Shown here: positions 54,061 to 64,000 of the stretch, in pieces
Layout of the letters: the number at the start of each line of letters is the position of its first letter
How positions within the stretch are numbered: position 1 is the first letter of the stretch
NCBI GenBank assembly: GCA_964016885.1
Contig: OZ024743.1
Coordinates: 227,230,001 to 227,294,000, forward strand
Length of the DNA stretch: 64,000 nt
Direction of reading: 5' to 3'
From: Eledone cirrhosa
Lineage: Eukaryota
Made by a program: the position numbers and the translations under genes
Notes under the pieces: model-generated
Database searches by the model: none
Told to the model about the DNA's origin: nothing
What the model saw: the letters and a program-made list of their open reading frames with translations, nothing else

Positions 54061-55925
54061 ACATTCAATGGTGTCAGAATTTCCTACATATTTCTCTCTC
54101 TACCAGTCTTTTCGTCTTTCATATCCTCTCTTTCTCTCTCCCTGTCTATATAGCTAAATATATAGGTAACTAAATAGATAGATATGTCGGGGTGGCGGGG
54201 GGAATTGATTACTTTTATGAAGTAAAATTCAAAATTTTTGCATTTGTAACAACGCTGCTGCATAGCAAATGTTCAGCATTAATTAGATTCATTGAAGGTT
54301 TACAATAATCTTACAGAGTCTCTATCTAGATTAAATTGTTTCAAAGTTAATTTGGGATAATCAACAATGTATTCAATATTATAGAATTTTCAAAACATCT
54401 AAGGTAATTAAATATGCAGTCGATCCTTGTGGAATTTTAATTCAGGAGCAGTAGAATTAGATTAAACAATCCCAGTGCACTTCCAATATTTCCACCATTT
54501 TGCCATGCGATATATTACTTACAGTTCTGGTTGCTATTTGGTTAGGGCAAACCTTATTAAATATACATATTATCAGAAATATTTCAGTGTGGTTTGAAGG
54601 ACATTTGGCTGTCGTTTCTAGCAGATGAAGTGATCATGTTGAGTCTTCCTCGTTGCCACATATCAAGCAAAACATCCAATGTATCATTCTACTTTAGAGT
54701 GGCAGGATATAATTAAGTTCAGGTTCAGAGAGATTTGGTTGCTATTTCTAGCATGTTTTCAGAAGATATTATCATCTGCCATGTTGAACCAATTCAACAA
54801 GGCTTCCACTACAGCTTTTCGTTGCTGTTGTTGTTGTTGTTGCTTAGCCACGAGTCATTCTAAGCAAATCTGTCATTAAAGGCATTTCCGGCCTGACCAT
54901 GCCGTTTTTTCTGTGAAAACCAAGAACCACATTATAAAAATTGTCTTTTATAAAGACAGTAGGGCCTGGAGGAGATTTGTTTCCTATATCATGTAGGTAA
55001 AGTCCCACGTAGAAGGTTCCACTTTGGCTCATATAGAATATGCGGTAACATGAAGTCTTATATAAAAACAGAATATGTTCATGTAAAATAAACACATACA
55101 TAATCTGAGAGTAAGTATTTTTAAGCTGTGATCATATCACATATATCCCCCGTATCCGTGTAGGAACGTTGTTTAAAATACTCACATGCTTCAAAATATT
55201 GTATATAAGTTTCATATACGCATTCACGGCGAATAACACTGTGTTAGTACTATTGCTGAACGTAGGTTAGAGAGATTGAGTGGAAGAAACAGTAAAAGGT
55301 ATTGAAGTATCTCATTATGATTCCTTAAGTCTCGAGTTCAAATCATGCTACGGTCGATAAAATCCGTGCCACTAATGTATTCTTATCGTAGTGATGTCTG
55401 TTAAAAACTACCGGAACTGATGCGTGACTAAAGCAGTATGTCTGCGTGTGGGTGTAAGGAGTGTGTGAGTGTGTGAATGTGAGTGCCCTTGATAGTGTGC
55501 ATGTTTTATTGCGTGTGGGAGGTTGTGTGTGAATAGATGTGCTTTTGCGTGTGGGTGTGCGCGCACTTGAATGTGTGTGTATTTTGTTACATGTGTGTGA
55601 TTGTGTGTAAATATACGTGCTTGTATGTCTGTGTGTGTGTGTGTGTTTGTGTATGTGTGCTTGTCGGTGGGAGGTATGTGTGTAGGTTGTTTCAATGTGT
55701 GTATGTTTTGTTGTCAGTGTGCTTGTGTGTGAATATGTGTGTCTGTGTGTGTGTGGTGGTGGTGGTGGTGGGGTGGGGGATTGATGTGTGTATGATTTGT
55801 TTTGTGTGTACTTGTGTACGCGTGTGCAGTTTGTGTGTGAATTAGTGTATGTTTGTTGTGAGGGTTTTAGTTTGTGTGCTTGTGGGAGGGAGATGCGTGT
55901 ACGATGTTTGTATCCGACTATGTCT

Positions 55926-56029
<104 letters not shown>

Positions 56030-56269
56030 GTATATGTGTGTATAGGTGTGCGTGTCATTATTCATCACTCCAAGTAAGCAACTCTAACATAATATTACCT
56101 ACTACCAATACCACAACCACTACATCACTTCTGTAGACATATACAATAAACAATACTACACCGTTAACACAGACATATACCACTAAGGCCACCAATACGA
56201 TTTTACTAGACATACATCATCATTACACCATCAACATGACACCCCGACTACTAACATAACTACCGCCAT

Positions 56270-56695
56270 AACTACCATCACTCCATTATCGCTAACATCA
56301 GCACAACTACAACCACCAGGGCCACCACCACCTCCACCACAACAAGGTGCATTACTATCATCACCACCATCACCACAATCACCTCGAGTATCACCACCTC
56401 CACCACTATCAGGACCATTACCATCATCAACATCATAACCACAATCACCACAACAACCACCAACATCACCACCATCACCACCACCAACAGCGCCACCACA
56501 ACCAACACCACACCAACCACCACCACCATCGCCACCACCACCACCACCACCATCCCCACCACAACAATCACCATTATCACAGCAGCCAACACCATCAACA
56601 CAGCAAACAGCACCACCATCAGTATCACAATCACCACCACCATCAGTATCACCATCACCATCAGTATCACAATCACCATCACGACCACCTCCAAG
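56270..56695. repeat. (CAC/CAT)n low-complexity repeat
   Basis: Seen directly. Confidence 0.85.
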
Positions 56696-56938
56696 ACAAG
56701 TATGTCTTTATTAACTGCGGTTCAATGGTGACTAATTGAAAGAACAGTTTACAGGTGAATGTCACCCAGAAATGTCAGCCACTATAGTGTATAGAAACAC
56801 ATTGGTAGTAGAGGCGGCAGGTAGGGGTGGATGTGGTGGTGGTAGTGGTGCTGATGGAGATTACGTTGTTTGTGTTTATACAAATATATATATGCACACA
56901 CATACAGACATGCACCCCCATATATATATATATATACA

Positions 56939-57040
56939 CAGGAGCCCCCAAAAATGTATACAACCTTCAACAACATTCTAATAAATATTGCCTGTACAGG
57001 TAATCAAAGCGTGTATACATTTTGCGGGGACACACACTCA
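56939..57040. mobile_element. Small Tc1/mariner-type MITE
   Basis: Imperfect TIRs CCCCCAAAAATGTATACA / TGTATACATTTTGCGGGG in a TA context. Confidence 0.5.
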
Positions 57041-57079
57041 GTATACAAACACACAAACACACACAGACACACACACACG

Positions 57080-57152
<73 letters not shown>

Positions 57153-57482
57153 TCACGACGGGGTTAAACAGAACAAAAACGAAATACAAACTAACAAAAT
57201 TAATCATTGAAGAAGTCACAGAATGTGTGACGAAAGTTATTCGACAAAAGGCAACTAACAATCCATCGTAATTAAACTAACCGACTGGAAATTATTGTAA
57301 TAAATTGATGTGAAACTCAACTGGTGCGTGTGTTTTTATTGGCATAATTACCATTAAAAAGCATAACAATATATATACATATATTATATACGTGTATATA
57401 TATAAATATATATATATACATACACATATATATATATATATACGATATTAATAAATGGAAACTATATTTATAAAACCATATT

Positions 57483-57547
57483 TATTTCATTATACATATT
57501 TCAGGGATACCAAATTAAATCATGGTATGCCTTCATCAGACAAAATA
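57483..57547 (-). ncRNA. Minimal type I hammerhead, same family as 35896-35961
   Basis: Stem I TATTTTGT/ATGAAATA, CTGATGA, stem II AGGCATACCA/TGGTATCCCT, GAAA, ATATGTAT stem III, triplet AUA. Confidence 0.75.
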
Positions 57548-58944
57548 CAATATATAACAGTTTTACAAATAAGCTTTGACGTACCCTTTTAAAATGCAAC
57601 CATTATTTTTGGAAGCCATCTGGATAGTGAATTGTTTATATTATTTTAATAAGTCTTAGTGTTAAGGACAATTAGAAAAAGACGGAGAGAAAGAAAAAAG
57701 ACAGGGAGAGAGAAAAAAGAAAAAAGAAAAAAACGTGGAGAAATATCGGAGAGAGAGAAATGCATGGAGAAAAAAGAGAGAGATAAATAAAGACAGGAGG
57801 AAAGAAAGAAAAAAGAAAAAAAGAAAAAAGGAAGAAATAAGAAAAACAGAGGAAAGCAACAGAGAGATATCAAGTCAACAGACAGATAGAAAAACTCAAG
57901 AGAGAGAAATAATATATAGAGAGAGGGGGAGATAATGAAAACTTTACGTCATGTTATATTAAGTTGAGTTAACACTTTATATGAAATGAATAATAAAAAT
58001 ATAAATATTAATATTCATGAATGGGACAAATATATAATATGAGAAATTAAACATTGTTTAATAATGATTATATGTTTAGTTTAAAACTTGAGATCAATAT
58101 ACTAAAATTTGAGAAACCACTATCTTACGGCAAAGATAGACAAATATATATATATATATATACACACGTGCTGAGAATAGAAATTATGTCTACTCAGGTC
58201 TACAATATAGACATACAAAACGCAAATGATTTCTCTTAATCACTGCTATACATTCCTTGTGTTATAAAATGTTCACAGTATATATACATAAATATATACG
58301 TTTAACATTCATGCCTTCATATATACGATTACCATTCATGCATTTAACATTTTGTTAAAATTATGCATATCTGCAATCAAAACTGCGTGGGTAGGCATGC
58401 ACACACATAACTCTCACCCACACACATACATATACATATATATATATATATACACATACATATGTTTAAATAAATATTTGCGTGCGTCTTCACCAATTGT
58501 TAGACCCGCACCGCTCATGTACACATACAGACAGATGTACAATCATTAAAAAAAACCTATAACACTTTTATATGTATGTTAATACACACATACACATATG
58601 TATAGAGATAATCAAATATCAATATATTACTAAAGGATTATACTTTGGAAATATAATTATAACAATATAAATTTAAAATACCAAAGGATTATATTTTGGA
58701 AATACAATTATATCAGTATAGTCTAAAGGACAAACGAATTCTAGAGATATCAAAACATTAAATATCTTTAAAAACACTATAGAGTATCTTAAATTAAAAT
58801 AATGTTTCATATATTTAGTATAGAAATTTATCCTACGTATATTTTAATCAAGATATTGAAAGGGTAGACTTATGAAAATTATAAGCTATCAGAATCAAAA
58901 TAAACCTAATAAAAAAAAAAATAAAAAATAAATTAAAAAAAAAA

Positions 58945-58977
<33 letters not shown>

Positions 58978-59053
58978 AAAAAAAAAAAAATAAATAAAAA
59001 AAAAAAATAAAAAAAAAAAAATAAAAAAAAAAAATAATAAAAAAAAAAATAAA

Positions 59054-59086
<33 letters not shown>

Positions 59087-59292
59087 AATTAAAAAAAAAT
59101 AAAAATAAAAGTTAAATAAATATATCAATATAATTTAAAAATTTAAAAATTTTAAAAAGTTTAAAAAATTTAAATATTTAAAAATTTAAAAAATTTAAAA
59201 TAAAATATATATATATATTAGTAGAACACTGGTGGGTTATATCCATAGTAGTAGTTCAAGTTCTTTTCCCTTTATCGCACAATCTCATTTAA

Positions 59293-59338
59293 ACCGAGCT
59301 GATGATCCACCGCGTAAGGTGAAACACTTGTTATCGGT
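59293..59338 (+). ncRNA. Degenerate hammerhead motif in a TA-flanked insert (59219-59370)
   Basis: ACCGA/TCGGT stem I, CTGATGA (59299-59305), GAAA (59321-59324), CA-CT-TG stem III. Confidence 0.55.
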
Positions 59339-59383
59339 AATGGTGAACTAACTGTTGTGGAACTATTACTTATATATATATAC

Positions 59384-59414
<31 letters not shown>

Positions 59415-59531
59415 ATGAAAATGAAAATGAAAATGAAAATGAAAATAAAAATGAAAATGAGCGGAACAAGTAAACATTAAACAATCTTTGAAATAAATTA
59501 AAATACGATTTAAATATTCACCTGTTCTAGG

Positions 59532-59611
59532 GCTGTGACCGACGGTTTTGCTTATCAAAAGATTGGAAATTCAGAGAATTTCCAATGGAAAATATTAACT
59601 CTTCAGACAGC
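59532..59611 (-). ncRNA. Type I hammerhead with a G12A substitution
   Basis: GCTGT/ACAGC stem I, CTGAAGA, long stem II with TTGGAAATT/AATTTCCAA, AAAA in place of GAAA, CCG/CGG stem III, GUC. Confidence 0.7.
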
Positions 59612-60268
59612 TATTTCCATACCACAGGGAACAAAGCCTTGTAGTAGTAGATATATCGCCTTCAACCCAATGCATGAGGTCAGGCCGTTAAAGTGACTCA
59701 CACATAACTAGGCCATAAGAAAAAGCAGGAATTATAGACTTGTTGAAATTACATGTTACTAGATACATGTTACACGATACAACATTTTTTTCTCTACATA
59801 GAAGGTGAATACAAATAAATGATATAAATATTCCAGTAGGCACTAAGTACCCCCGGAAATATACATGGTGTCTATAACAGTTGTTGTTCGATGTATATAT
59901 ATATATGTAAAAGGTAAACAGAAATAACAACACAATCGATACAGTACATGGAAGGGATATATTAAGTTAACGCTACATATACAAACAAACAATACTGACT
60001 TAAGCGAAATATAAATAAATAAATAAATATATATATACACATGCACAATAACAACAAACACATATAAACACACACTAATAAACTAAGATAGAATACAATA
60101 ACCAAACCACAGTCACCCAAACGCGAACACACACACCAAACACTATACACATACGCAAACGCATGCGCAGAGACGAAGACAAAAATAAATAAATAAATAA
60201 ATAAATAGATAAAATAAAAATGGCGTAGACATTACAATACATACAATACAGTAGGGGAAACATGATAA

Positions 60269-60320
60269 TAGTACCACTGATGATGTTGCAGATGTGCAAC
60301 GAAAGAACTTTGTTAGACTA
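60269..60320 (+). ncRNA. Degenerate hammerhead motif
   Basis: CTGATGA-T-GTTGC-AGATGT-GCAAC-GAAA; stems I and III eroded. Confidence 0.5.
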
Positions 60321-60342
60321 TATATATGTGTTTATATCAATG

Positions 60343-61170
60343 TATAAATGAAAGGTAGAGTTAATAACTCATACTGAAACCCTGTAATTAACAAGCTCAA
60401 AGTATAAATACTGAACATTATAATAATAATATATGCAGTAATAAACACAGCAAATTGTGTGTCTAATATTACGAGGGTTGAAGAACCACATTTGTTTGAA
60501 ATATTTTACAATGCAGCAGACAGAATGATAAAAAATATTTATACAGACCGCCTCAATAACGATTACATCTCCCGGACAGATTAATCTGTTTCGCCCTGAG
60601 TGTGTTTGTAACAGATAATCCACGGGCATCATCAGCGAGAGAATCTGATTAAATGCGACAAACACCTAATGCTAACAGTCACACAAAAAAGTGAATACTT
60701 CACCTCGTGCGCCGTAAGTCAAAAGTGGTGTGAGTGGATTGGCCTGAAATAACAGCCCAATACACACAACTTATAAGCTCATCTAGGAAGGGAGCCGAAA
60801 TATAAATGAAAGGTAGAGTTAATAACTCATACTGAAACCCTGTAATTAACAAGCTCAAAGTATAAATATTGAGCATTATAATAATAATATATGCAGTAAT
60901 AAACACAGTAAATTGTGTGTCTAATATTACGAGGGTTGAAGAACCACATTTGTTTGAAACATTTAACCATGAAACAGACAGAATGATAAAAATATTTATA
61001 CAGACCATAATCTGTCCTGGAGATGTAATCGTTATTGAGGCGGTCTGTATAAATATTTTTATCATTCTGTCTGTTTCATGGTTAAATATTTCGAACAAAT
61101 GTGGTTCTTCAACCCTCTTAATATTAGACACACGGTTTACTGTGTTTAACATTGCATATATTATTATTAT
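60343..61170. mobile_element. Retrozyme-like locus: 458-bp unit (~1.45 copies, - strand) plus an inverted arm
   Basis: TATAAATGAAAGGTAGAG at 60343 and 60801; 61008-61170 is an inverted copy starting inside hammerhead stem III. Confidence 0.85.
60568..60642 (-). ncRNA. Type I hammerhead ribozyme
   Basis: Stem I TCTCTCG/CGGGAGA, CTGATGA+T, stem II GCCC/GGGC, GAAA, palindromic stem III CAGATTAATCTG, GUC. Confidence 0.85.
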
Positions 61171-61342
61171 GTATTTATATCTGCATTTTTGACCGTTGGT
61201 CAGTCAGTAATAAACATTGATGGCCAAATGAATTAACTATGGAGATATAAAAGATGGAGAAGTGAAAACCAACCAAAGAGTGAGTGTGTTTTGTTATTAT
61301 TTCTGACAATATTATTACAACAATATGAAACTCCCCAAGTAT

Positions 61343-63130
<1,788 letters not shown>

Positions 63131-63289
63131 ACCTAATAAATTGAAGTGAAAACAAGTGCGTGTGTTTTTATTAGCAGCATGACCTTCCCAAAGTATAAAA
63201 ATACATATATATATGTAAGTGTGTTTGTGTGTGTGTATATGTGTGTGACTGAGTCTGTGCGTATCTGTGTGTGTAAAATGTTTCTTCCT

Positions 63290-63690
63290 CGCTCACTTAT
63301 TCCTGGGAGGGTTGTAGAGGCAGAATCGTCAAACACTCCTTTCAGCGCGATATGCAAGATGCAACCGTTACAACTGATCCGGCTGGATCCCGTCATACTA
63401 CTCACGCTCTATGCCTAGGTTTCCTGCCAATTGGTTTTGCCCGTAAAGTCTGTCTAGCGATTCTTTCCTGAAACATTCTAACCACATGCCCTTCGTATCG
63501 GAGCTGTGATCTCTCAATCCGTAGAAATAGAGGCTCTAGCTGGACCAACACTTATTCTCCGAGCTACGCACTCTATCGAGCAATGCTACTCCAAAAACAT
63601 GCGTGTCAACCCCATTTCGTCCGCTTTTATTCACGATCGTATTTTTTCGGTCCTTCCACAACGTTCATGACCATAGCTAATGTTTCGCAC
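63290..63690 (-). pseudogene. RTE-clade LINE 3' fragment
   Basis: Minus strand reads RSQLRYEGHVVRMFQERIARQTLRAKPIGRKPR. Confidence 0.75.
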
Positions 63691-63693
63691 GAA

Positions 63694-63739
<46 letters not shown>

Positions 63740-63744
<5 letters not shown>

Positions 63745-64000
63745 ATAATAATAAATTTGAAGACTAAAATCCAAAGAGGGCTCGATAAGGATAAATATAT
63801 ATCAAATATATAGGAACCGTAGAGCAAATATTTATTAAAATAACAGATTAAAGTTTAAGCAAAGAATCGTTGCTTTCCCCCTTAACGCGATCTTCTGAAA
63901 CTAAAAAAGTCAATCTGTGAACGCAGAAGTAAATATTTCAAAAAACGTTGCAACCGAAGGAAGACAGGAAGACGATACTTTGGTTCGTGGAAACGTTCCC
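63740..64000 (-). mobile_element. Helitron-associated repeat, runs off the window
   Basis: Matches 26141-26280 and the reverse complement of 38483-38648. Confidence 0.65.

Noticed and set aside
54844-55101. Short ORF or possible small exon
   Set aside because: No recognisable homology and weak splice signals
58895-59210. Long A-rich tract with a poly-F ORF
   Set aside because: Low complexity, possibly low-quality sequence

Overview
Repeat-dominated, AT-rich animal genomic DNA with no recognisable host gene. The microsatellite load and SINE types suggest a coleoid cephalopod such as Octopus (inference). The only intact coding unit is a full-length Tx1/L1-clade LINE (9316-15115; ORF1 with a CCHC knuckle, ORF2 APE-RT-ZnF) inserted in a (TATC)n tract with an apparent 22-bp TSD. 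Also present are decayed RTE, R4/Dong and CR1-type LINE fragments, non-autonomous Helitrons, a hAT MITE and many tRNA-derived SINEs. The main hidden signal is about 16 complete or near-complete type I hammerhead ribozyme (HHR) motifs from roughly 11 unrelated sequence families, found by eye. Almost all lie in short inserts within or beside (TA)n tracts. Many inserts are divergent inverted duplications, and three are tandem units of about 320, 458 and 535 bp with one hammerhead per unit, the architecture of retrozymes or Penelope pseudo-LTRs. Two families clearly use a U3-A8 core (UUGANAA) instead of C3-G8, and a third probably does. Several inversion junctions fall inside the ribozyme itself. 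All coordinates and pairings were read by eye and need computational confirmation.
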